A model generated the notes under the pieces. It saw nothing but the letters and a program-made list of their open reading frames with translations, was not told the DNA's origin and made no database searches. This document shows, one piece after another, positions 19,660-29,331 of a stretch of DNA of 64,000 bases; the stretch's first letter is position 1; each line of letters begins with the position of its first letter. The translations under genes and the position numbers were made by a program. Source of the DNA: Phycisphaerae bacterium. GTDB taxonomy: Bacteria > Planctomycetota > Phycisphaerae > UBA1845 > Fen-1342. The stretch spans positions 32,001-96,000 of the forward strand of contig JASFQK010000012.1 of NCBI GenBank assembly GCA_050115495.1, given 5' to 3'.

Positions 19660-20091
19660 ATGCACCGCCATTGCGGGGAGAACGACACGCAGAATACCGG
19701 TCGGACGGCGGCGGCGCCATCGGTGCCACCTCCCGCGGCGCGGGAGATCCGCGTGTGGCGGTACATGCTCTGGGGTGCTGTCATCGGTATCCTGGCCGGC
19801 ATCGCCGAGGCCATGCTAACGGCGATCGGAGCAACCGACTTCTGGCGAACGGCCGAGCTGCACTGGTGCCAATTCGGGGGCTGCGTGTGGCCCTGGGGTG
19901 CCGTCGCCGGCTACATCCTCGCCCGACGCGCCCAGCGCCGCCGGGCCGACCGCGAAGCCGCCGGGCTCTGCCGGAACCGCGGCTACAACCTCACCGGCAA
20001 CGTTAGTGGGCGCTGTCCCGAGTGTGGCACCGCCTGCACGCTGCCGGGACAGTCCGCGTCGCCGGCGGACGCAGGGAAGGAGTGCCCTTGA
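19660..20091 (+). CDS. Small membrane protein with a degenerate zinc ribbon
   Basis: Two hydrophobic segments, then CRNRGYNLTGNVSGRCPECG; start uncertain. Confidence 0.7.
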   Translation: MHRHCGENDTQNTGRTAAAPSVPPPAAREIRVWRYMLWGAVIGILAGIAEAMLTAIGATDFWRTAELHWCQFGGCVWPWGAVAGYILARRAQRRRADREAAGLCRNRGYNLTGNVSGRCPECGTACTLPGQSASPADAGKECP

Positions 20092-20594
20092 ACCGCACCC
20101 GGGCCTATCTCGAACTGCTGGGTTGGCTCGTTCTGGCCGTGCTGCTGGCGTGGTTCGGCACGGCCACCGTACGCGAGATCGTGCCGTACCTCGTGTGGAC
20201 ACCGCTGCACGTCCTGCCGTTTGCCGTGATCCTATTGGCGTCTTACCGGGCAGGCTCGAACCGGCTACCGACGTGGCCCGTAGTTACCTTCGGTCTGTTG
20301 TGCACGATCGGGTTTCTGCCGCTTCTGCTGCCGGATACACGGGGCCGGGCGGCGCTCGACGCGGGCATGGTGACCGTCTGGTTCTATGTCGCCCGCACCG
20401 CCACGTTCACGCTGTCGCTGCCCGTCATCTGTGCCTTTGTGGCGATACTCGGCCGCCGCCGCGCGCAGCGTAAGACCGGCCACTGCTCGCACTGCAGCTA
20501 CAACCTCACCGGCAACGCCAGCGGACGCTGTCCCGAGTGCGGCGAGGTCGTTTCGGTTCCTGATCAGCGCGGGAGAGATGCGCATGCCGGGTGA
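20088..20594 (+). CDS. Multi-TM protein with C-terminal C4 zinc ribbon
   Basis: TTG start with AAGGAG RBS overlapping the previous stop; CSHCSYNLTGNASGRCPECG. Confidence 0.75.
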   Translation: MNRTRAYLELLGWLVLAVLLAWFGTATVREIVPYLVWTPLHVLPFAVILLASYRAGSNRLPTWPVVTFGLLCTIGFLPLLLPDTRGRAALDAGMVTVWFYVARTATFTLSLPVICAFVAILGRRRAQRKTGHCSHCSYNLTGNASGRCPECGEVVSVPDQRGRDAHAG

Positions 20595-21273
20595 ATCCGC
20601 CGGCCCTGTCGAGCCCGCCGCCGTGCCGAGCGCAGAATCTGCGCCCCCTTCCCGTTGGCTCAGCGCCGGCGTTCGGCTGCTTGCCATTCTCGTCGCGGCG
20701 GCGGCAGCCCTGCTTTCCACAAACAACTGGTGTTTCGTCATCCTGCCGGCGGCCCTGGCGGCGATCGTCGTTGATTATGTCGTGAGCGGCATTCGCCCCT
20801 GGTCTGTTCTCCGCCTGATCGTCGCCGTCGCCGTGGGGCTGGCGGTCGGCCGGCTGCTCAGCGTCGGGCCGGACTGGGCCTTTCAGGAGGCCTTCGGCGT
20901 CGACGCCCCCGCCGGCGTTCGCGACGTGCATATCTTCCGGCACTACGTCGGCGGCCCCGGCGAGCACATCCTCATCATCGAGTTCACCGCCAACCCGGAC
21001 GTGGTGAAGGCCCTGTTGTCGCTGCACCCCGTGGTCACCAACAGCGAGACGGCCCAATCCTGGCATGCCGCCGGCGGCGGGTGGCCGCAGGCGTTCGACG
21101 ACTTCGCCGGACCGTGCCCGATGGGCTTCGCCCGCGCCGCGTGGCTGCGTATCCGCCCGTTGGCGGAACCGGAGGTCTTCGACTTCGGCGGTATCGAGGC
21201 CAGCGGCGGCCGGCTTGTTCTCTTTCACGAGCCGCACACCGATCGCTGTGTCGCCCTGCACGTGCGGTGGTGA
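20578..21273 (+). CDS. Hypothetical membrane protein
   Basis: About three TM segments then a soluble domain; overlaps the upstream stop. Confidence 0.65.
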   Translation: MRMPGESAGPVEPAAVPSAESAPPSRWLSAGVRLLAILVAAAAALLSTNNWCFVILPAALAAIVVDYVVSGIRPWSVLRLIVAVAVGLAVGRLLSVGPDWAFQEAFGVDAPAGVRDVHIFRHYVGGPGEHILIIEFTANPDVVKALLSLHPVVTNSETAQSWHAAGGGWPQAFDDFAGPCPMGFARAAWLRIRPLAEPEVFDFGGIEASGGRLVLFHEPHTDRCVALHVRW

Positions 21274-21335
21274 GTGTGTTGCGGGCACCGAGCACGGCCC
21301 GCGACGGAAACGCCGGCCATGGAGCCCAGATCCGC

Positions 21336-22580
21336 ATGGCAGACGCTCAAGACAACTCGCCGACCCGCCACCGCCGTCGGGACGTCCTCCGCCGGCGGCC
21401 GTGGCTGTCCGCGGCCATTCTCGCCGGCGGCGCCATTGTCTACTGGCTGCTGTGCTGGCCAGCAGTCTCCGCCAGCGTCTTCACGCCCGTCGACCCCTTC
21501 TGGGGGTTCATGCGCTGGCTCTGGCCGATTCCCGTGCTGCTGTCGGCGATTTGCGAGAACCGGCGGTGGACCAGAACCTGGCAGCTTCTCCTGTACGCCC
21601 TCGCCGTCGGGTACGTGTTCCGGATAACGTTCCACAGCCCACTCTACCTGCTGTTGTACCGACCGACACTGGCAACGTGCATGCAGCGCACCGCTGTAGG
21701 CGGGGGCATCGTCTTCGCCGCCGCCTGGTGCCTGGAGCAGGTGGCCCAGTACTCGCTGCGCTTCGTTCGCGGATTCGAGACACAAGGTCTGTGCCAGCGC
21801 TGCGGCTACTGCATCCTGCACCTGCCCGAGCCACGCTGCCCGGAATGCGGCCGACCATTCGATCCAGAGCACGCCACCAGCGCTCTCACGTCCCGGGAGT
21901 CTGCCCGCCCGCGGCGGACGCAGATCGTCGCGATTGCCCTGATCCTCGCCGGCGCGAGCACACCGTTCGTGCTCCAGGCGATCTCCAATGGCGTGGCCGC
22001 GGCCCAAGGCCGGGCGGCGGCGAAGAACGACTGGGCTGCTGACTGTCCGCTCTTCCACATCGACAGAAGCGCCACCCCGTGGCTCACGAGCAACACGTAC
22101 GATGTGGACACGGGCATGCTCCTTCGCTCTTTCGGCGCGGGTTTGAGGACAAAGCCGTTCGAAGAGGCGTACCACGCCGCGATCCTGAAGCAGCTTGCCC
22201 GCTACGGCCCGCCCCCGCGACGGCCGGACGTGTTGGACCGCGAGCAAATCAAGGCGTTGCTGGCGTCGGGCCGCTTCGTTGACGTGTCTGAGGACCACTT
22301 CCACCTGAACAACGTGCTCATCACACGGTACTCGTTCGACCCGATGTGGCCGATCAAAGGACGCCCCGACGCTCCACCCGGGTGGTTCGAGATCGGCAGC
22401 TTCGGCTGCCCCGTCTCCTGCGCTTACTCGGACGACGCCAGCGGCGTGGCCTACCTGTTGCTCAAGGACACGTTGCTCGTGAGCTTCGCGCCAGATGGCA
22501 GCGTGCTCCAGCAAGTCGCGCTCGACCAGGACGGAGTCGCCGACCACCCCCCGATCTGGCCACCGCCGCCGGCTCCGTGA
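21336..22580 (+). CDS. Membrane protein with internal C4 zinc ribbon and C-terminal domain
   Basis: About four TM segments, CQRCGYCILHLPEPRCPECG, one TM, then a soluble domain. Confidence 0.75.
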   Translation: MADAQDNSPTRHRRRDVLRRRPWLSAAILAGGAIVYWLLCWPAVSASVFTPVDPFWGFMRWLWPIPVLLSAICENRRWTRTWQLLLYALAVGYVFRITFHSPLYLLLYRPTLATCMQRTAVGGGIVFAAAWCLEQVAQYSLRFVRGFETQGLCQRCGYCILHLPEPRCPECGRPFDPEHATSALTSRESARPRRTQIVAIALILAGASTPFVLQAISNGVAAAQGRAAAKNDWAADCPLFHIDRSATPWLTSNTYDVDTGMLLRSFGAGLRTKPFEEAYHAAILKQLARYGPPPRRPDVLDREQIKALLASGRFVDVSEDHFHLNNVLITRYSFDPMWPIKGRPDAPPGWFEIGSFGCPVSCAYSDDASGVAYLLLKDTLLVSFAPDGSVLQQVALDQDGVADHPPIWPPPPAP

Positions 22581-22766
22581 CCACGCTTTCCTCGGCGTAC
22601 CGTCGCCTTGCACACCCGTGCTCGCCGCGCGTACGATGATGCTGAGGGAACGTGGCGGTGCGGCAGCGTGCCGCTCGTTCGGGGAGTATCATTTCGAGAG
22701 AGCTCCCCACGCCCAGCGCGGGCCGGACAGCGGCCAGCGCATGACACCAGTCGATCGAGGCGTTCC

Positions 22767-24230
22767 ATGTGGCCCATGCTCATCATTGTGCCCCCCCTGC
22801 TCGTCACCGCCGGCACCGGGCTGTGGCTGTTTCTCCGCGGCTGGCGGCAACGCACGGACACCGGCACGCTCTACTGCCGGACTTGCGGCTATAACCTCTC
22901 CGGCCTCGAAAGCCAGAAGTGCCCGGAGTGCGGTCGCGATATCCGCGACGGTGCCGTCTGGGGTCGGCGCTCGCCCCGCTACCGCCTGGTCATCCCCGGC
23001 GCCCTGCTGCTCATCATCGCCGTCGGCGTGCCGGTGGCCTGGATCGGTACCGGCATGCACCGCTACCGCTGGGTCCGCCTGGTGCCCACCGATTGGCTGA
23101 TCACCCGCTACGAAACGGCGCCGGTGGCGTACCCCGACAGCGTGCGCGAGCTCTATGGCCGGCTGCTCAGTGGCCGGCTCTCCGTCGAACAGCGGGAGCG
23201 GCTGGTCGGCGTCTGCCTCGACAAGATCCTGCCGCGCACGCAGACGCCACCGACCGCCAGCGCGGCTCCCACCACGACGACCACTTCCGCGCCGGCGACC
23301 AGGTTGGACTCATTCACCTGGTGGATGTTCATGGGCGCGGTTGGTCCGGGCACACTGACCGCTGACCAGTGCCGCCGACTGCGCGAGGGCCTCTACAGCG
23401 AGATCTTCCTGGACGTTCGCCCGACGGCCCGTGTCGGCGAGCCGGTCCCGGTGCGCGTCGGCTACGAGCTGACCCCGCTCGGCATGCAGGCCCCGCACGC
23501 CGACGTCAATCTCGAGGCCAAGGATACCGTCATGGTCGGCGGCCAGGCCCAAACCGCCGACCTCTCCGTGCTCCCGTTCTTCCTGAGATCCACGGCGCCG
23601 TCCCGTGTCTCCGGCGAGATCCAGTTCGACCGCCCGGGCAGGCAGGAAGTACGCGTCGATCTGTGTGTCCGTTCGAGCCGCTCGCCGCTCGGCGGAGTCG
23701 TCTTCCCCGTCTCGGCCATGGTCGATGTCTTCCCCGCCGACAGCGACGCTGATCTGACGCTCGTCTCCTCGCCGGAGCTCGACGCCGCCATCCGCGAGAT
23801 CGTCCAGGTCGCCGACATCAGCCTTCGCCGAACCGGCTTCAGCTACGGCCAGACGGAGCGCTGGAAGGTCCCCGTACCCTGCTGCTTCGAGGTCTTCGCT
23901 CGCGTCGACGGGCAGGACTACCCGCTGATGTCTGTCGTCCTTCGCCCGGACGCTGAGGCCGATCACCCGTATCCCGACCCGCTGGGGTACATTCCCCCGC
24001 CGCTCGGCGATCGTGACACGGTCGATCTCGTCTTCAAGACGAACCCCGCCCTCGCTCGCCCGACGATCGACATCAGCACGCTATGGAACGGGGAGTTTGT
24101 GCAGGAAGGCGTCCCCCTACGCCACCGCCGGCAAACGACGTCGCAACCGGCGACGCAGCCCGAATCACAGCCTGAAGCGCAACCGGAATCACGGCCGGAC
24201 GCGCAGCCTGCGGCCGCCCCTGCGCCGTAG
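22767..24230 (+). CDS. Membrane protein with C4 zinc ribbon between two TM helices and a large C-terminal domain
   Basis: CRTCGYNLSGLESQKCPECG; C-terminal QPA/QPE repeats; RBS GAGG. Confidence 0.8.
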   Translation: MWPMLIIVPPLLVTAGTGLWLFLRGWRQRTDTGTLYCRTCGYNLSGLESQKCPECGRDIRDGAVWGRRSPRYRLVIPGALLLIIAVGVPVAWIGTGMHRYRWVRLVPTDWLITRYETAPVAYPDSVRELYGRLLSGRLSVEQRERLVGVCLDKILPRTQTPPTASAAPTTTTTSAPATRLDSFTWWMFMGAVGPGTLTADQCRRLREGLYSEIFLDVRPTARVGEPVPVRVGYELTPLGMQAPHADVNLEAKDTVMVGGQAQTADLSVLPFFLRSTAPSRVSGEIQFDRPGRQEVRVDLCVRSSRSPLGGVVFPVSAMVDVFPADSDADLTLVSSPELDAAIREIVQVADISLRRTGFSYGQTERWKVPVPCCFEVFARVDGQDYPLMSVVLRPDAEADHPYPDPLGYIPPPLGDRDTVDLVFKTNPALARPTIDISTLWNGEFVQEGVPLRHRRQTTSQPATQPESQPEAQPESRPDAQPAAAPAP

Positions 24231-24256
24231 CGCCGGCCCCCGTGGCTGGCGTCTTC
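24227..24256 (+). repeat. GTAG-type REP that supplies the stop codon of the upstream gene
   Basis: gtagcgccggcccccgtggctggcgtcttc, matching the reverse complement of 502-532. Confidence 0.75.
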
Positions 24257-24288
24257 GGCGCGTCTTGAGCCGTGGGCCGCGCGCCAGG

Positions 24289-24375
24289 GTGTGGCATGCC
24301 GAAGCGCAGCGCCGGCATGTCTTCGTCTCGCGTCAGGCAGAACATGCCGGCGCCTAAGGCTTCAGCATGCCACAC
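24289..24375. repeat. REPIN-like element, copy 2
   Basis: Same inverted halves as 351-438 with a different spacer; lies between convergent genes. Confidence 0.85.
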
Positions 24376-24411
24376 ACGGCGCTTTCTCCACAGCGCCGTA
24401 TTTGCTCTACA

Positions 24412-25827
24412 TCACATCGCCGCGTCGCCGAACAGCGCCTGGAACAGCGCGAAATCCTGAAGGTCCACGTCGTCGTCCGGCTCGGCGTCGAATGACGTGC
24501 AGCCGGGCGCGGTGAACGTCCCCGCCGGCCCGCTGTAGCATTCGACGAAGTAGTCCAGATCGTGGAGGTTCACCAGCCCGTCGCAGTTGCAGTCCATGGG
24601 TCCGCACGGCTCGATCATGATGTCCACGATGATGCCTTCGACAACGGTCAGGCTATACGGCAGCTCCGCCGGCAGGCGGTACCAACCGTCGTACGCTCCG
24701 CTCCACCCGAAGTTGATGTGGTAGTACCCGTTCGTGTTGTAGCCGTCGACGACAACGTTGTGCCCGGACGACCAGGTTGGGTCGACGATGGCCAGGTGTG
24801 CCGGGTAGGCGTCTATCATGTTCTGCATCATGCGCGGGTACGGCCCGACGGATTCCTGGTAGAGCAGCTCCGCCGCACCGCAGTTGAACTTCCCGTACGC
24901 ATCCTTCGCCTGGCTGACGCTGAACGTCCCCGAGGCACCGCTCGTGTACACCTGTCGGGCGGCCACGCCACAGGCGAAGATCAGCGCCGCCCGCTCCGTG
25001 CTGTCCGGTCCGTTGCCGTGATGGTACTTGTCGAACAGCGAGTCGAGGTACGTGTTCAGTTGCGGGAACGACGGGAAATCCTGCGCGGTGTGGTCATCAT
25101 CGATCCAGTAGTTCCGACCGGCATAGCTATGATAGTAATCATCCGTGTCGTCGAACTGCTTCCCGTTCAGCCGCGCGTGGTAGTTGACGATCTGCGCCAT
25201 GGCCACCGCCGGACAGCCGGCCACGCTGCGCGCATGACTGACCGGGTCCGTCGGGCACAGCGCGTTGTACGGCGAGCTCTGGTTCCACTGCGTCAGCACC
25301 CACCCACCCGTCGGCGTCGAGCCGGACGGCGGCCACTGCTCGAAGCCGCGGTCGCCCGTCGGCGAAACATCGAGTCCGGCCAGCCGCCGCCATTCCGCCT
25401 GGCGATCGGCGTTTGTCTCCGGCGTCAGAACGTCCAGGTGTCCGAGCCGCGAGCGCAGATCCAGCAGCAGCAAGCGGTGCAGCGGGTCGGCCGCTTCGCC
25501 ATCCGCCGGCACGGTGCCGGTGAACGAATACGCGATCACGGGCGGCAGCGCCATCGACGCCGGCACCATCACGTAGCCCTGCGGCGTGAGGTCGAAGTGG
25601 TAGTACAGAACCTGGTTATCGGTCGGATCGACGATCGCCCGGCCGTCGCCGACGGTGAACGTCCCCGGCGGCTGCGACCGGAGCATGTGTTTGGCCGCCA
25701 CGCGGGCGGCCGTCGCCAGATCGATCGAGCCGTCGTCCCGAGCCACGTCCGCCGCCGGCGATACGCCGACCAGCGTCAGGAACATGCTCACGACGACGAC
25801 GATCCGCACGCAGATTCTCGGTGTCAC
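24412..25827 (-). CDS. Exported C10-family (streptopain-like) cysteine peptidase with prodomain and dockerin-like tail
   Basis: WNQSSPYN, AGCPAVAMAQI, GHNVVVDGY, HINFGWSG; DCNCDGLVNLHD...DDDVDLQDF; RBS GGAGG. Confidence 0.9.
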   Translation of the reverse strand: MTPRICVRIVVVVSMFLTLVGVSPAADVARDDGSIDLATAARVAAKHMLRSQPPGTFTVGDGRAIVDPTDNQVLYYHFDLTPQGYVMVPASMALPPVIAYSFTGTVPADGEAADPLHRLLLLDLRSRLGHLDVLTPETNADRQAEWRRLAGLDVSPTGDRGFEQWPPSGSTPTGGWVLTQWNQSSPYNALCPTDPVSHARSVAGCPAVAMAQIVNYHARLNGKQFDDTDDYYHSYAGRNYWIDDDHTAQDFPSFPQLNTYLDSLFDKYHHGNGPDSTERAALIFACGVAARQVYTSGASGTFSVSQAKDAYGKFNCGAAELLYQESVGPYPRMMQNMIDAYPAHLAIVDPTWSSGHNVVVDGYNTNGYYHINFGWSGAYDGWYRLPAELPYSLTVVEGIIVDIMIEPCGPMDCNCDGLVNLHDLDYFVECYSGPAGTFTAPGCTSFDAEPDDDVDLQDFALFQALFGDAAM

Positions 25828-26016
25828 GGTGCCACCCTCCGCATTCGGTCTGGGGTCTGCCTGTCTGTCCTGGGGGCGCGGGCGGCACATCGCACCCGAG
25901 AGGACGGCTGGGAACGAAAGAACCCCGCCTGCCCCGGCGTGTACGGCTCGCGTAACGCGCCCATCCACAGCGCGTCACTGCCATAGTAGCGGGTTACCAT
26001 GCCCCCCAACAAGCGA

Positions 26017-26058
26017 ATTGTGCCGGCGGGCGACAACAAGCAACACCGCCGGCACAAT
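26017..26058. terminator. 13-bp hairpin downstream of the padR-HAAS pair
   Basis: attgtgccggcgg / ccgccggcacaat. Confidence 0.45.
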
Positions 26059-26077
26059 CCGCGGACCGTGTTTCTGC

Positions 26078-27235
26078 TTAACCACCGCCGGGAACAGTGA
26101 GCTGCACGCGCGGCTCGATCCCGCCGCCCGTCGACACATCGGTCTGAAGCACCAGCGGCATCGTCGAGTCCGCGCGAGCATCACGCGCCGGACGCGACGT
26201 TCCCCCTATCCGTGGTCGCAACACGCGATAGCCGACGTGCAGTGTGGCCTGGGCTGTCAGCGGCAGCTCGAGCGACGTAATCTCGTCCACGAACGGCGGT
26301 AGCTTCGTCCGCGCCCGCAGCCACACCCTCATGCCGTTGCCCCGGCCCTCGACCATGAGCCACACGTTGGGCTCCATCGCCCTGCGAACATCGAAACCCG
26401 GCGGTGCGACGAACTCGACGTTCGTGCGCGCCATTTCCGGCAACCGTAGCTCCACCGCGACCGGTTGACTGGTCGTCGGCACATCGAACACCTGCTGCGC
26501 GTAACCCACCCAGTACAATGATTGTGAGCGATCCGGCGGCTCGTCCCTTCGCCGCATTTGCTCATCAATCCACTCACCCGCCTCCAGTTCCGGGTCGACG
26601 CTCACCGCCGCCGTGTACGTCCCCGCGGGCCGCTGACCCAGGTTGATGACGCCATCTTTGTCCGTCACCAGCAGCTCGTACGCCTCCGGCAACGTCACCC
26701 GCATCATCGCCTCGTCCTTCATCGGCCGCATCCACAGCATCGACGTATTGGGTGCCGGGAACGGCGCTTCTTCGATACGGCGCGGCCAGATGTACACCTC
26801 GCGACCGGCCAGTGGTTCGCCGGCCGCACTGGATAGCGTGAGGCGAACGCGCGTGATGCCTGCGTCCAGACTCGCCACCGTCGCCTGCAAGTCGGACACT
26901 GCCCCCGCCGTCGCTGCGGACTGCCGATAGACCATGACGCTGACGATGGCCAGCACGGCACAAACCGCCGCCAGACTACCGAGCATGACACGCTGAACCA
27001 TGAGTCTCCTCCCATGATGAAGCCAGTACAGCTCGCGAGCCACGGCTTCGACGTCGCCGAACGCCGCCCGCGAGCGCTCCTCCGCCTCTTCCGTCGGCAT
27101 GCCCGCCGCCGTCAGGTCGGCGACGCCGCACGCCAGGTGATCCTCGATCTCATCGCGGATGTCGTCCCGCGAGGGCGGTGTGGCGGCCGGCCATGCTCCC
27201 GCGAGGATGTCGGTGGGTTCACGCCGGCTGGACAT
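26078..27235 (-). CDS. Permease-prefix/HAAS-domain membrane protein
   Basis: IRDEIEDHL...GMPTEEAEERSRAAFGD, one TM, then a beta-rich extracytoplasmic part; overlaps the padR stop. Confidence 0.8.
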   Translation of the reverse strand: MSSRREPTDILAGAWPAATPPSRDDIRDEIEDHLACGVADLTAAGMPTEEAEERSRAAFGDVEAVARELYWLHHGRRLMVQRVMLGSLAAVCAVLAIVSVMVYRQSAATAGAVSDLQATVASLDAGITRVRLTLSSAAGEPLAGREVYIWPRRIEEAPFPAPNTSMLWMRPMKDEAMMRVTLPEAYELLVTDKDGVINLGQRPAGTYTAAVSVDPELEAGEWIDEQMRRRDEPPDRSQSLYWVGYAQQVFDVPTTSQPVAVELRLPEMARTNVEFVAPPGFDVRRAMEPNVWLMVEGRGNGMRVWLRARTKLPPFVDEITSLELPLTAQATLHVGYRVLRPRIGGTSRPARDARADSTMPLVLQTDVSTGGGIEPRVQLTVPGGG

Positions 27236-27563
27236 CGCCACCCCCTAACAACCCTTCCATGACCGCCCGGTACGCCTGCCACTGCTTCCGCTTCTGTTCG
27301 AGCTGCTGCTGGCCGGCGGGCGTGATCGCGTAGTACTTCCGCCGACGGCCGTCTTCCGTGGGTTCCCACCGGCTGGTAAGCAGCCCGTCCCGCTCCAGCT
27401 TGTGCAGGGCGGGATAGAGACTGCCTTCGTTCAGATCCAGAGCGCCGCCACTTCGCTGCCGGAGTCGCTTGCAGATCTCGTAACCGTACGTGGGCTGAGG
27501 CGCAACCACTTGCAGCAAAATGGTTTGCAGACTACCTCGCAGCCAGTCGACATCGATGCTCAT
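27219..27563 (-). CDS. PadR-family transcriptional regulator
   Basis: TYGYEI, EGSLYPALHKLE, RRRKYYAIT. Confidence 0.95.
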   Translation of the reverse strand: MSIDVDWLRGSLQTILLQVVAPQPTYGYEICKRLRQRSGGALDLNEGSLYPALHKLERDGLLTSRWEPTEDGRRRKYYAITPAGQQQLEQKRKQWQAYRAVMEGLLGGGDVQPA

Positions 27564-27579
27564 GTCAGTGGGCTCCATG

Positions 27580-27624
27580 CCTTGGGTTCCTATGTACTAT
27601 ACCACGGAATCCTAGGCAAGGCAA
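27580..27624 (-). promoter_or_regulatory. padR promoter with two candidate operators
   Basis: Minus strand TTGCCT-N17-TATAGT; imperfect palindromes CCTAGGATTCCGTGG and CATAGGAACCCAAGG flank the -10. Confidence 0.55.
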
Positions 27625-27657
27625 ATCCGCCGGCAGATTTCGTCTGGAATCCCGCCC

Positions 27658-29154
27658 TTAGGAGGCCCGCTTGCGCAGGCCCAGACGCTTCATGGTGCTG
27701 TGCAGTGTCGTCGGTTTCACGCCCAACCGGCTGGCGGCCCCGCCCGCACCGGAGACCTTGCCATCGGCCTCATCGAGCGCCCGCAGGATCTCTCCCGCCA
27801 GCGCAACGTCCAGCCGCCGCAAGCCCGCCGGTATGCGCTCGTCCGGCTTGGCCGGGCGTTCACTCGTTCGCGCGGCGGCCAGACCGGCATCGGCGCGAAC
27901 GTCCAGGTGCTCGTTACGAATCCGTCGCCCGCTGGCGAGAATCGCCGCTCGCTCCAACGTGTTTCGCAGTTCGCGTACGTTGCCCGGCCAGTCGTGCTCC
28001 TCAAGCTGTCGTAACGCTCCCGCGCTGACCTCCAGCTCCGGCATTTCGAGCTCACCGCGGAGCACCTTCACGAAGTGGGCGACGAGCAGTGGAATGTCCT
28101 GCCGCCGTTCTTTCAACGACGGCAATCGCAGCGGGAACGCATTCAGCCGGTAGAAGAGGTCTTCGCGGAACCGGCCGGCACCGACCTCGGTTTCGAGCTG
28201 CTTGTGCGTCGCTGTGATGAGCCGCACATCGGCGGTCAGCGGCACACACGCCCCACCGACGCGTTCGAACGTGCGCTCCTGAAGCACACGCAGCAACTGA
28301 GCCTGCACCGCCGCTGACAGCTCCGCCACTTCGTCGAGAAACAACGTACCGCCGCGGGCGAGCGCGAAGCGCCCGTCGCGTCGCCGATCCGCACCCGTGA
28401 AAGCCCCCTTCTCGTGGCCGAACAGCTCACTGAGGGCCAGATCCCCCACCAACGCTGCGCAGTTCAGCGCAACGAACGGCCCGCTCGCTCGCGACGACCA
28501 CTGGTGAATCGCACGGGCCACCTGTTCTTTGCCGGTGCCCGTCGCGCCGGTGATGAGCACTGTGGCCGGCGTCGGCGCAACCAATCGCACACGCTCGACC
28601 ACCTCGCGCCACGCCGGGCAGCGACCGACGAGTGATGCGCCGGCGGGACCGGTCTCGCTCAGCGTCGCGTTCAGTGCGGCCAGTGCGTCCACTTCTCGCG
28701 CCAGCCGGTCCGCGGCCTCCTGCGCTTGCAGCGCCCGCGCGGCCAGGCCGGCCAGGGCGTTGACCGCACGAATCTGGTCTTCGCTGAATGCCCGGCAGGT
28801 GGCGGCGTCGAGTGTCAGCACGCCGACTAGTTCCCCGCTGGCGCGCAATGGCGCCGCCAGGCACGTGTGCGCGTGCGGCAGTTCGACGACCCCCGCGTAC
28901 GTGTCGGGTTCGTCGACGTCGTGCTCTTCCTCGTCGTGGACGAGCTTGGCCTGCGAGCCGGCGACGATGGCCGACAGCATGGGCCGCTCGGCGAGACTAA
29001 CCCGCCGCCCGATGAGTCCGGGCTTCGAGAGCGGTCCCGACGCCGCCCGCACACGTAGGGTCTGCGGATCGTCCACCGACAGGACGACCAACAGGTCGGC
29101 GGCGACGACCGCGTTGAGGGCATCCAGGATTTGATCGAGGTCACGAGATTCCAT
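27658..29154 (-). CDS. NorR-like sigma54-dependent activator (GAF-AAA+-HTH)
   Basis: GAF with PDTY..HTC..LTLD; GATGTGKE, ELFGHEKGAFTGA, WPGNVREL, C-terminal HTH. Confidence 0.9.
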   Translation of the reverse strand: MESRDLDQILDALNAVVAADLLVVLSVDDPQTLRVRAASGPLSKPGLIGRRVSLAERPMLSAIVAGSQAKLVHDEEEHDVDEPDTYAGVVELPHAHTCLAAPLRASGELVGVLTLDAATCRAFSEDQIRAVNALAGLAARALQAQEAADRLAREVDALAALNATLSETGPAGASLVGRCPAWREVVERVRLVAPTPATVLITGATGTGKEQVARAIHQWSSRASGPFVALNCAALVGDLALSELFGHEKGAFTGADRRRDGRFALARGGTLFLDEVAELSAAVQAQLLRVLQERTFERVGGACVPLTADVRLITATHKQLETEVGAGRFREDLFYRLNAFPLRLPSLKERRQDIPLLVAHFVKVLRGELEMPELEVSAGALRQLEEHDWPGNVRELRNTLERAAILASGRRIRNEHLDVRADAGLAAARTSERPAKPDERIPAGLRRLDVALAGEILRALDEADGKVSGAGGAASRLGVKPTTLHSTMKRLGLRKRAS

Positions 29155-29159
29155 ATCAG

Positions 29160-29207
29160 CGATATATCGTCATCACACGACCAATCGTATCAACTATCGG
29201 TATATCG
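29160..29207. promoter_or_regulatory. Three candidate enhancer boxes, CG(A/G)-N4-TCG
   Basis: CGATATATCG (29160), CGACCAATCG (29178), CGGTATATCG (29198). Confidence 0.65.
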
Positions 29208-29275
29208 TCAAGTTGCGTAAACGGTGGTACTCTGTAAGAATCTGAGCAGCAATGACTTACGGAAGCACGCGATTT

Positions 29276-29291
29276 TGGCACGCCGCATGCT
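29276..29291 (+). promoter_or_regulatory. Sigma54 -24/-12 promoter of dps
   Basis: TGGCACG-CCGC-ATGCT with exact GG-N10-GC spacing; IHF-like CAGCAATGACTTA at about 29247-29259. Confidence 0.8.
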
Positions 29292-29331
29292 CTAAGTCAG
29301 GTGCCTTGATTCAAAGAGAAAGGAGAACATC

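Noticed and set aside
19983..20543. DGR template/variable repeat pair
   Set aside because: Differences are not adenine-specific and no reverse transcriptase is present.
27658..29154. Assigning the symbol norR
   Set aside because: Two iron ligands differ, the enhancer motif differs and the target is dps.
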